64,000 nucleotides of DNA, from NCBI GenBank assembly GCA_021613535.1, contig CP075493.1, positions 16,988,001 through 17,052,000 of the forward strand, in the 5' to 3' direction. Positions within the stretch are counted from its first letter, which is position 1, and each line of letters starts with the position of its first letter. Positions 51,800-62,748 of the stretch are shown here, piece after piece. This DNA comes from Adineta vaga. Its lineage: Eukaryota; Animalia; Rotifera. Under the pieces are notes generated by a model, which saw only the letters and a list, made by a program, of their open reading frames with translations, was not told the DNA's origin and searched no databases. A program made the translations under genes and the position numbers.

Positions 51800-54180
51800 T
51801 TAAGATTCAAGCTTCGCCAATTTACCTTTGAGATCTGTTAACTTTTCATGATCGGAAGGCAATTGTTTCTCATAAATTGTAAGCGCAAATTTCAAGTGTT
51901 CGATAGCCTTGATTTCTCCATTCTGCTTATACATATATAAATCACCCATTGACTGATGACTGAGAGCTAAATCAGGATGATCAGAATGCAACACCTTTGT
52001 CCACATATACAGAGCTTTTTCTAATGCAACAGTGGCATTTTCGATGTTATTGCATTCCAGATGAGTTAATCCGATAAGATATTGACATTTTGCTATATCT
52101 CGTTGATTATCATCATGTATAAAAATACGTTTGTACACGTCGTGAGCTTGTTCATAAAGTTGAAGTGCACCAACAAAATTTCCCTTTGCAAAATGAATCT
52201 CGCCTTGATTTTTTAAAATATATGCTAAATTAATATGATCGACTGATGATGAGAAAACCTTTTTAGTTAAATGGAGAGCCTCTTCATAATACTTTTCTGC
52301 TTCATCGATTTTATTGAGAAGGACGATTTGATTTCCACTCTTTGTAGTTCCCATTCGCTCGCTAATATCGACTGCCAGACGAAATTGTGTTAGTGCTTCT
52401 TTAATTTTGCCTTGTTTGTAATATTGCTTTCCGATATTGTTCTCGGTAGCAGCAGTGTGTGGATAACTAGTGGGAGCGAGTCGCGCTGTTATTTGCGATT
52501 CTTTAAGTAAGCAATCAAGTGCTTTGTCGTAATCTCTCTTATGATAGTGAGCAAACGAAAAAAACTTATAGCATTCGCTGATTTCGGGACCATCAAACAA
52601 TGAGATACGTTTTAGAAGTATTAGAGCTCGTTCCAAGTAGTCTAAACAGACATCGTCATTACCTTTATTAAAATTTAAGAGTTCGAGATTAATCAAAACT
52701 TTTGCAATTCCGAATTCATTGCCATGTTCACCTGCTCGTCGATAAAAGTCTAATGCTTCATCACCGAAAGCAATAGCTTTAGTAAAATCTCCCAAGTCCT
52801 GATAAGTTCGTAAGAGATTGCAGCAAATTTTACTTTTTAAGATAAGACACTCAGATTCTGTATGCATAATAAGATCATAAGCTTGATGAAAATGAAAAAG
52901 GGCTCGATCAATTTCACCAAAAACGCGACAGCATAAACCGGTACCAAATTGAATGTGAGGATCGTTCATACGATGCAATGCAAGATTTTCGAAATATGTG
53001 CGAGATTTGAGCCATTGACCCATGTCAAACAATAGATTACCAAATGCAATTTCAATATCATTTGATTTGTCTATAGTTCTTTTTCTTTAAAATCAAGATA
53101 TTGTTTGACAATAATATTATCTTCGTTACTTGCCGTCATTGAACGTTGCCAAAAACATAATGTATTATCATAAGTAGTCGATTCAAGCTTGAATACGGTA
53201 CCCAAATCAAAAAGCAATTCTTCTTCATCTTCATGTAAACTCATATGTTGTATATCTGCAAGAATAATTTCAAAGAGAATGAAGTCGAGATTGCCAGAAT
53301 TGGATCGATTATTCCGTTCAATACCTGCAAAAATCTCTGCTACTCGTTGAAAAATATACATTGCTCGAAATTAAATTGTCCTATACTTTTCTGAAATCGA
53401 TCAATTTCAACTTTGGAGATTTTCACACCACGATTTATATTCATTTTTTTATGTATATTTTCGCAAACTTTTACGTTACTCAGCTAAACATGTACCAAGA
53501 TCATTAATATAAAAACGATACATATACAAAGCATCAGTATCTTCGATTCGCAGAGCTTTGTTAATACGTCTATAAATGAAACAATCTTTCGTGTATCATT
53601 GAATAGCTTGATCGGGAGTGTACTCATTTTCAAATTTATTGATATTTTCAAGATGTCGCGTTTACAGCCTTCGAAATCTAAATAACATTTTTGTATCATT
53701 TCTTCCTCGCTTTTACGCATGGCATCTTCGTTTGATAACATTTTTCGAATAACTTTCTTTATTAATTGAAAGAAAATAATCGATCCTGATTCTTGATTGA
53801 AGATCACGAATAGATTTTTGCTTGTTGTGATCGCAAACAATAAAAATAGTTGACAGATTATTAAGGTAATCGATGGTACGTTCAATAGTTCGTGGCAGAT
53901 AAAAGTGGATCATACATACTTCTATTTTGATAGAAGATAAAAATAGAATCAATCAAACGTAGATTATGTAATTTTTTCAGTAGATTTGCCAATACAAACA
54001 AACCATAGATAATAATAAATATAATTTCATCTTTGACCTTTTCAATATAGAAAATACAATCGATCTTATTCGAAAAGAAAAGTGCAGAATCATTTAATTG
54101 ACGTAAAGTATTCTCGAGTAGATTTATATGATTAATATCAGGTAATGTTTTTGTGTTTTGAATAAAAATTTGTCCGATGG
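51800..54180 (-). pseudogene. ADP-ribosyltransferase (ART) + TPR protein, frameshifted
   Basis: TPR ORF 51800-53032. Upstream fragments include HEDEEELLFDLGTVFK, a ..RGVKISKVEIDRFQKSIG segment and YTKDCFIYRRINKALR-like sequence split over several frames. Confidence 0.75.
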
Positions 54181-54467
54181 TTTATCTTCAGTTGCTTTCT
54201 CTTCGAAGGGCGTATTGTCTAATCTTCACCTAACTATATAATAATGACAATTTATTTCTTATTTAAAGTTAGCATAAGAGACATTCTACATAAGTCATGA
54301 ATAATCAGTACCTCAAGATTAATTTTACATTTGTATTCTTCAATGTATTCTAAAAGCTTTAGAATAGAATAAAGACAAGATTTTCTATATAAAATTATGA
54401 TAAATGTATATTTAATATTGTACAAAAACAAGAAAAAGATTTGTTCATTTATTTAGAATATATTCAA

Positions 54468-55052
54468 ATGGTATGTAGAAGAATGAATTCTCATTCGACG
54501 GATAATCAATTTGTTCTTCGTAATGCTACTGATTCTGATAATGTTTCACTTGGTAAGCTCAATCAACAAACATTTTTTGAAACATATGTTAATGATTATT
54601 CTACTCGTTACACTAAAAATGATATCAAAAATTATTTTAATTCATCAGTCAGTCCATAATCATTTGCAAAAACGATTTCTGATTCAAAACAAGCAACTTG
54701 GATTATTGAAGATCGAACAAATGGTAAATTCGCTGCATTTGCTAATACTGGTCCATGTAAAATGACACTTTCTGAGATTGAAAAAGGAAATGATGGAGAA
54801 ATCTATCGTTTATATGTTTTACGTCATTATCAAGATGATAAACTTGGTGAAACTCTTATGAATGTATCTTTATCATGGTTAGAAAAACAATATCCTGGAC
54901 GACCTATTTGGCTTGGAGTATGGAAAGAAAATTTAAAAGCTCAAGAATTTCATAAACAGTATAATTTCAAGAAAGTTGGTGAACGATTTTATCAAGTTGG
55001 AGAATATAAAAGACCTAGTTTTATTATGAAAAAAGAAAGTTCTTCGAAATAA
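54468..55052 (+). pseudogene. GNAT N-acetyltransferase (PaiA-like), one premature stop
   Basis: ORFs 54441-54659 and 54762-55052 share a frame and are separated only by TAA at 54657-54659. Motifs LRNATDSD..LGKLNQQTFFETY, GEIYRLYVLRHYQDDKLGETLM, IWLGVWKENLKAQEFHKQYNFKKVGE. Confidence 0.8.
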
Positions 55053-55229
55053 AAATTCTCTCATTAAATGAAACAATTGGATTTGATTAGTTTTCATTGA
55101 TGAATATTATTAAATCATTTTCTAATGCTTTGAAATTAAGAATTCAAAAAAAAAAAGCTCCAATAGAAAATATGACCGTTATTAGTCTATAAGAATGTAT
55201 TAAGTATTTCTTCGAGTGTTGTTGTTGTT

Positions 55230-55575
55230 GTTCGATGACGTTCAGGTACAAAACTATAAGGATCATTTGGACCCACAAGATCAATATCATAATGAATCGA
55301 ATAAACATCAGCTTGGACTATTGTGCCTATTAAGATAAATGAGACGATTAATGGTTTAATGACCTTTTTTCAATGAAATCTTCGTTAAGTTTATATTATT
55401 TGAACAATCAAATAAAAACTTATTTACTTTTTTCAATATTGATTCCTTGTACAATTGTATTATCAGTAGCGCGTCTTTGAGTAGCAATATTAGCAATGGA
55501 ATACATTCTCAATACTTCCGAAATGACCATATCTATATATGGTAATTGTGAAACAATTTCATCTTGAAGTTTTTT
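55230..55575 (-). pseudogene. Cytochrome P450 internal fragment
   Basis: KKLQDEI..QLPYIDMVISEVLRMY (K-helix ExxR), an intron, then GTIVQADVYRIHYDIDLVGPNDPYSFVPERH (PERF-like). No N-terminus and no heme-Cys motif. Confidence 0.8.
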
Positions 55576-55614
55576 TAGTGTAGGTGTGTGTGAACAAGAG
55601 ACCCACATCCTCAA
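55560..55614. repeat. Degenerate telomere-like inverted-repeat cassette
   Basis: CATCTTGAAG...AGTGTAGGTGTGTGTG-spacer-ACCCACATCCTCAA, abutting the P450 fragment. Confidence 0.65.
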
Positions 55615-55754
55615 AAAGAGTTCGTATATTTACTCAACTTTGAAATATTAATAAGATTTATTTGAAAAGAGCTTTATTGTCAAAATAATGATAAAGATAA
55701 AGCAAAAAGGTATGAAAATTTATTAAGAAAATCTTGTTAATAGATATTCATCAC

Positions 55755-57731
55755 TCAATTTGGTAATTGTAGACGAAAATTATCAAATTGAGCATAATCC
55801 CAAGATGATCCAATCGCAGCCCATCCTGAATGGCTAGATGCACTTAATTCACATCGGCCAACTACATTACCGTTAATATATACTATTGAATGATCTTGTA
55901 GAACAACAAGTGTCAATCGATACCAAGTACCAGCGACAATGGAGATGCTTTCAGAAGCGATTGGATTTGTAATCTTTGTACTATCACTTATCTGCCAAGA
56001 TCCATTATTAGTTGTATTGATGCTGAATACAATACCGGGACTTCCAGTGCCACAACCTCCTCTTGAAACTCCTAGAGCAACAAATGCAGTTCCACTCTTC
56101 TCAATCATAACATCGACACTAACATTCAAAGGTTGTTTCCAACTAGAATTACCAATAATAGAATATGGATAGATTGCTTCGTCACACCAACTAATAGTTG
56201 CTTCAGGTACCATCTGTCTCATAGTTTTGCCACGGGTACTTGCTGTATCTACAATTTCCCATGAACCTGTCTGATCAGAAAAATACGATGCTTCACTGGA
56301 TATTTGATATTTGTCAAAATTATCTGCATATGGTAGTGGAAAAGGTTGGGAAGCTGGAGCTTCGTATGTACCTTTTGTACCATTAATTGTTGAAACAGTA
56401 TAAAGTACACCAACTGGTAGTTGAAGTGTAAATTTTCCATCATTCAAGGCAATTAATCCTTTGTAGGTGAATGCTTGTTTTACATCCAATATGTTGAGAT
56501 CCGTGAAAAAAACATATAGTTGAGTTACATGATGAAAAGAATTGTCGAGTTGAAAAGTTGCTGTTTGATTAGTTGTAGTATAGTGTACCGTACTGGAATG
56601 TGCACATTGTGAGCGATCACGATTCATCGTTTCGATGATAATAGTCAATTGTTGACCAGTTGGATCAGTTAATGATACATAACTACCACCATTATCTAAC
56701 AATCCAACGCCTGATCCATGTTTTAAAAAAGACCATCCAGCTTTTGTAAATTGTCCCCAATGTGCTGATACCCATAGAAGTCGTCCAATTTGATAGTGTC
56801 CTGACCATGGTTCATTGGCACGTAGTATACCAACGCCACTCCATGGTAATCCGTCGTAAAATGAGTTAATTAAATCCCAAGCAATAGTTGCAGTTAAATT
56901 CGCACGAACATAATTTTGATTCAGAGATCTTGCCCAACATAGAGAACCCGTATCATAATCAAGTGACATATCTTCACTTGACCATTGAAGCTTGTTAAGA
57001 GCAGCACAGTCTGATGCTATAGATGAACCAACATAGTGCGAACCGACAACATCAACAGCAGCTGCCCATTCGGAATCGCTAGCTAAAGTTTTACAAACAT
57101 CCCATCCTGAGTCATGACCAACAATCTTTGTTTTGAGTCCAGCTGTCACGATTGCTGCCTTGAGTGCCAGTGTATAGCCTTTGTTCCAATTACGTTCATT
57201 CCAAATTCCAACGTAATCAATATCAAGATTGTAATATTTCTTAGCACCTAATAACCAATTCATCGTATATCGAACAGTACTATTCGTCCAAGGCGACTTT
57301 TTTCCTTCACCAACCCAACCAGGAAATCCCCAACTGAGAGCATACAAAGTAATGTTTGGATTTCGTCGTTTTGCTTCCACCATGGTACTCCATTCATAAC
57401 CTCGTTGGTAGTTTTCATCATCAGCTGTATGCATATGGGACGGTTCTGTTCCATCGGTCGATTGTGCATCGCCACCAATTTCAACTTTAAGTATGTGTAA
57501 TGAAGCACCAAAACCTGGTAAAAATAAGTAATCCATTATTTGACTATACCACTTGCTATCATAGTCTGGAAGTAAACGTGTAACACAACCACCACCACTC
57601 AATCCACCAACACCATCTAAAGGTTTACCTAATCCAGTTGCTTTGCTCACATCATATGTGAAAGCTGCATTCGACATTGAAAAAAGTGTTACGAGAACAC
57701 TGATCACAAACATTAAATCAACCAGTATCAT
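55755..57731 (-). CDS. GH59 galactocerebrosidase-like glycosidase, secreted, intronless
   Basis: DGVGGLSGGG..RLLPDY, FGASLHILKVEIGGDAQSTDGTEPSHMH, NYQRGYEW, YALSWGFPGW, GIWNER (acid/base), WSSED (nucleophile), and a C-terminal lectin domain ending AQFDNF. Confidence 0.95.
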   Translation of the reverse strand: MILVDLMFVISVLVTLFSMSNAAFTYDVSKATGLGKPLDGVGGLSGGGCVTRLLPDYDSKWYSQIMDYLFLPGFGASLHILKVEIGGDAQSTDGTEPSHMHTADDENYQRGYEWSTMVEAKRRNPNITLYALSWGFPGWVGEGKKSPWTNSTVRYTMNWLLGAKKYYNLDIDYVGIWNERNWNKGYTLALKAAIVTAGLKTKIVGHDSGWDVCKTLASDSEWAAAVDVVGSHYVGSSIASDCAALNKLQWSSEDMSLDYDTGSLCWARSLNQNYVRANLTATIAWDLINSFYDGLPWSGVGILRANEPWSGHYQIGRLLWVSAHWGQFTKAGWSFLKHGSGVGLLDNGGSYVSLTDPTGQQLTIIIETMNRDRSQCAHSSTVHYTTTNQTATFQLDNSFHHVTQLYVFFTDLNILDVKQAFTYKGLIALNDGKFTLQLPVGVLYTVSTINGTKGTYEAPASQPFPLPYADNFDKYQISSEASYFSDQTGSWEIVDTASTRGKTMRQMVPEATISWCDEAIYPYSIIGNSSWKQPLNVSVDVMIEKSGTAFVALGVSRGGCGTGSPGIVFSINTTNNGSWQISDSTKITNPIASESISIVAGTWYRLTLVVLQDHSIVYINGNVVGRCELSASSHSGWAAIGSSWDYAQFDNFRLQLPN

Positions 57732-58647
57732 TAATCTTTCTGAAAATGCATGTTTACTAAAATATATACATAAAAAGGTTGTCAGTTTTAGATTATTTTT
57801 CTTTATAACTATGAAAACAAGTTCTGTTTTAAGTCTTACCTATGTTATCAAATATGAATACTTTAAATATAGAACTCCCAAGACATGAGCCGAAGGACAG
57901 AATAAAGATAAAAGTACAGAGTATATGATACAAGAGGTAAGTATGGGTATCTCTTTCCTGCACTAAAAAAAAAGAAAGATAATAATGTATATAACAATGA
58001 TAAATTATTCTCATAAAATATTTTTCAATTTGATTGTTAATCATAAAATGAGTAAATATTCCAAATTTTCTCTTACCCTCATTCGTAAAAAAAAGCGAAA
58101 AAGATGAAGTTTGATGTTAGATTTTGTATATGACAACCCCTTACATACTTATTTTAATTCAAATAGAAAGTTTCCTGATTTTTAAAAGAAAATTAGAGAG
58201 AGAAATATACAATCTTTTTGATCAGACAGAATTCAAACAAGAGTGAAGCACGATCGCCATTCTGATCGAATATCTGATATAATCAATAAGCTATATTTAC
58301 GTATTTATCAATGGGAAATGTAATAATATAAAAGAAATAACTAAACGTCATATTTAGATGTTATCTTTAGTAGGAATACTTATCATCTTGTTATGCATTG
58401 TTGTTAAATACTTTATTACATTCATTAGTGATATTTTGGCCTCGTGATTTGGGGAAAATTTATCGTTATTCTAAATGATTCTAAAGAGGATCACAGTTAT
58501 GGTGTTACATTACCTAATTATGTAACAGTATTTTATGAACAACTACCACTATGTACTAAGTTATGGGTTAAAAGTCAACCAATCAAATCACTTGATAATT
58601 ATTCATCGATTCGTGTTCATGCCTATGAAAGTGCACAGTGGTGTAAC

Positions 58648-58696
58648 TGAGGGTGGGTGTGGGTACTACATTTATCTAACACCAACACTCACACCT
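58648..58696. repeat. Telomere-like inverted-repeat cassette
   Basis: TGAGGGTGGGTGTGGGTA-spacer-ACACCAACACTCACACCT. Confidence 0.75.
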
Positions 58697-58768
58697 TGCT
58701 GAGAAATTTCTATAAATCTTAGGATAACATTTGATTTGAGTCTTTTCACTGGATCATGATGCAGAGTA

Positions 58769-58836
58769 TATTCCTAAACCTACCTGATGAGTCCCTTTAG
58801 CAAGGACGAAACGCATCGTAGTGTAGCTTAGGAATA
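58769..58836 (+). ncRNA. Minimal type I hammerhead ribozyme
   Basis: Core CTGATGA (58784-58790), stem II GTCC...GGAC (58791-58807), GAAAC (58808-58812), short loop GCATC, cleavage triplet GTA (58818-58820), and stem I closed by TATTCCTAA/TTAGGAATA. Confidence 0.8.
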
Positions 58837-58879
58837 ATTATATTCTATTAAACACACGCACACACACATTCAAGATCCT

Positions 58880-59150
58880 TGTTATTTGTTTAAGTAACTA
58901 TCTTTGTTTTTATACAAATACCTTGGCTGATCTATAGTATAATAATGTGAGTTCATCTGACATCATAAATAAAAGTTCGGATAGAATTGTAATTGAAAAT
59001 TTTCTAACAGCTGTAGCTGATGCACATTCTCTTTTTTTTTTATTTCCACCAATCTCATTTTATATCTATACATTAACATCAAATATATTTAGAGATGAAT
59101 TTATTTCTCTTGTAAAAAAACTTCTTTTGTTGGAAATATTTCTTTATTAA
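58880..59150 (+). pseudogene. C-terminal fragment of an orphan 7TM receptor
   Basis: KSSDRIVIENFL...ISFYIYTLTSNIFRDEF is typical of TM6-TM7/helix 8 in such receptors; the 5' part is missing. Confidence 0.55.
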
Positions 59151-60120
59151 TCATTTAATTATACCAATAGATAGAAATAGAACATAGAGAGCAACTTTTA
59201 ACTATCAGTATTTCAATATTGTCTCGTCAAATTGTTCTGTTTTTTATTTCATTATTAATTAAGTCTTAATAAATTCCATGTTGACAAAATTTCTTGCCAA
59301 TGTCGATGTGAATGTGCGTATAGATCTGTCTGGACTACACATAAAGCATTACGATGATTTTCTAGAAGATTCTGCACTTCTGACATGAGAGATATTTATC
59401 TAAATATTCCTTACGAGTTTATCATTCTTATTGATAATATGTGATTATATACGTATAAGAGCAGAACAAAAAAGGCAAAACAAATTGAAATTGAAAATTA
59501 CTGTTATCATTTCATTTTCTAAAATGATTTTCACGAAATATCTTCGTGTTTTTATAAATCTTCAAACTACTTTGTTTTGATTTGATCCTATAAACTAATC
59601 ATAAAATCGTTTCCAAATCGACTCTAATCTCAAAACTATGTTGGCGAGGGCGCTCTAAATCGTTCTGATTTCAATAGGATAGAGGCTTATTTCGTAAACC
59701 TATGGACATTCTTCACGTGAATGATAAAGACTACTCTTTTGTCTCATTTGCATCGTTTTTCTTTTTTCCTTTATATGTCGAGGAAAAAAACAAGTAAACC
59801 ATTTTTTATTCAAACCGGGTAATAATTTGTATTCGTAGGTAAAAAATTATGGTAGATTAGAATTTTTCGAAGATCTTCGCAAAATCGTAAAGAAAATTGT
59901 CCAGGTTCACAGATCCGATAACCGATTTACATTGGGTTCCGTCGACAAAAATTTACTCACTTAACTTGTTATAAATTCTACGAGCGTTACTTCTAGCTTT
60001 ATATTGTATTATAATCCCATGATCACATATCATCACTGAATATTATATATGAGATCTTATTTTTTAGATATTTAGTTAAACGAATTGTGATTGATTATAA
60101 GACGAGGAAATAAAACAAAG

Positions 60121-62677
60121 ATGAATGAATTGATGAGATCATTCGATGAAATTCTTCGTCGAGAAATTATTGAAAGAAATTATTTAGTAATATATCTTGA
60201 CAGGAATATTAATCAATTTAATGAAGATTTCTTAAAAGAAGTGAAAAATTATTTTCATAAAATTGAAATCTTTGATAATATTGATCAATGTTTGAAATTA
60301 TTCAATGAAATGAAAAATATCAAAGTCTCTTTGATTACTAATGAAATGCATGGAAAACATATTTTACCTTCTATTCATCATTATTCTCAATTGAATTCAA
60401 TTTATTTCTTATCTCAAAATCAATTCAATAATAATTTATGGTCAAAAATCGAATATTCATCTCCCAAACTCAATTCTATATCCAATCACTTAAAATTACA
60501 AAGAAAACAAAATAATGCCAATTCAATTTCTATAAGTTTCCTTCCATTTAATCGTGAAATATCTGAAATAAATATAAATGAATTAGAATCTTCTTATATG
60601 TATACACAAATATTCAAAGAAATTCTTCTTAATATAAATTATAATAATAATGATTCAATTCAAATTTTAACAAATTATTGTCGTGAAATTTATCCAAATT
60701 ATCACAATGTTATCGATGAATTTGAAAATAAATATACATCTGATAAATCCATTTAGTGGTATACAAAAGAACCATTTATTTATGAATTACTTAATCAAGT
60801 ATTGAGAAATTTACAAGGTTCTATTCTTATTTCTATGGGAATTTTTATTCGAAATTTACATGAACAAATTCAACAATTGTATGAAGAACAAATGAAAAAA
60901 TTGTAAAGAAAATCATTTTATTGTTTATCGTGGACAAGGTTTAACATTAAATGATTTTGAAAAACTTCAAAATACAATTGATGGTTTAATTTCTTTCAAT
61001 AATTTCTTATCAACAAGTCGAAATCGAAATATTTCTTTATTATTTGCTGAAAGTTCTTCATCGAAATCAAATACAATTGGCATTGTTTTTCAAATAAATA
61101 TTGATCTATCTATTGTATCAACACCTTGTGCCGATATTCATAATTATAGTCATTTTCAATCTGAAGAAGAAATTCTCTTTTCTATGCATACAATATTTCG
61201 TATTAAGGAAATTATTTCACTTAATGAAAACAAAACAATTTATCAAGTTAATCTTCTATTAACAAATAATGATGATCCACAACTTGCTCTTCTTACAGAT
61301 CATATTCGTAATGAAACTAATCGTTCAAATCATTCCGAAAAAATTGCACATTTATTAATTAAAATTGGAGAATTTAAGAAATCGGAAGAAATTTATCAAA
61401 ATTTACTTGAAGAAACATTGGATTTAAATAAAAAATCACATTATTTTAATCAACTTGGTTATATTAAAGATGAACAAGGAGATTACAGAAAAGCTATTGA
61501 ATATTATCAACAAGGACTTGATATCAAACAAATCATTTTACCATCAAATGATCCTTTATCAGCGATTACTTTGAATAATATTGGTGTTGCCTTTAGAAAT
61601 TTAGGAGAATATTTCAATGCTCTTTCTTTCTATGAAAAAGCACTTGAAATTCGAAAAGAAGTTCTTCCGTCAAATCATTCTGACATTGCTCAATCTTACA
61701 ATAATATTGGTGCGGTACATCGAGATCAATATGATTATTCCAAAGCATTGTTATTTTATGAAAAAGCACTTACAATCCGAGAAGAAATTCTTCCGAAAAA
61801 TCATCCAGATATTGCAGAATCTTATAATAACATTGGTATAGTATATCACGATATAGAAGAATATTCCAAAGCACTTTTATTTTATAAAAAATCTCTTGAA
61901 ATTCGGCAAATAATTCTTCCAATAAATCATCCGGATATTGGTCAATCCTACAATAATATTGGTGTCACATATAATAGTATGAGTTTGTCTTCTGAAGCAC
62001 TTTTATCTCATGAAAATGCACGAAATATTTTTGAGAAAATTCTTTCTTCAACTCATCCAACATTGGCAACTTGTTATAATAATATTGGTGATGTGTATCG
62101 AGATCAAAATGATTACTCAAATGCAATTCTATTTTATGAAAAATCATTAGCAATTCGTGAAAAGATTTTTCCATCAGTTCATCCATGTATCGGTCAATCT
62201 TATAATAATTTTGGTAAAGTATATAAATGTACAAAACAATTTTCCAAGGCATTATTATTCTTCGAAAAAGCGTGTCCAATTTTAGAAGAAATCTTTTCAT
62301 CGAAAGGTCTCATTTTGGCTATTCTATATAACAATATAAGTGAAATACATCGAATGATGAAAGATAATCAAAAAGCACTTTTTTATGCGGAAAAATCATT
62401 TGAAATCGCGAAAAATCTTTCTTCAGATAATCATTCTGAATTCATTGATATTTTGAAAAATATTGCTTTAGTTTATTCCAATGTGAATGATTATTCACAA
62501 GCTCTTTTATACTTTAACTATGCATTCGATAAATTACAATGTTTATTACCTGCGGATCAAAACCAACCTCAACATCTAAAAAAACTTATTGAAACGACGG
62601 AAAACAATATAAAAATGATCTGTTTCAATTTCAAAAATACAACTGACTTTTTTGCGATGCTTTCTTCCTATATCTGA
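60121..62677 (+). pseudogene. ADP-ribosyltransferase (ART) + TPR protein, two lesions
   Basis: ART motifs I*WYTKEPFIY (TAG at 60754-60756), VYRGQG, FNNFLSTSRNR and FQSEEEILFSM (R-S-E type), with a frameshift near 60900, followed by ~10 kinesin-light-chain-type TPRs (HPDIAESYNNIG). Confidence 0.85.
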
Positions 62678-62748
62678 CATTAATTCTATTCACAATTTGA
62701 AAACGTAATTGTAACTTTGTTCACCAGTAGAGACGTCATTCCTAATAA

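Noticed and set aside
59980-59996. ACGAGCGTTACTTCTAG, similar to the Helitron 3' end at 2103-2116
   Set aside because: Only a 12-bp match, with no convincing subterminal hairpin or other Helitron sequence.
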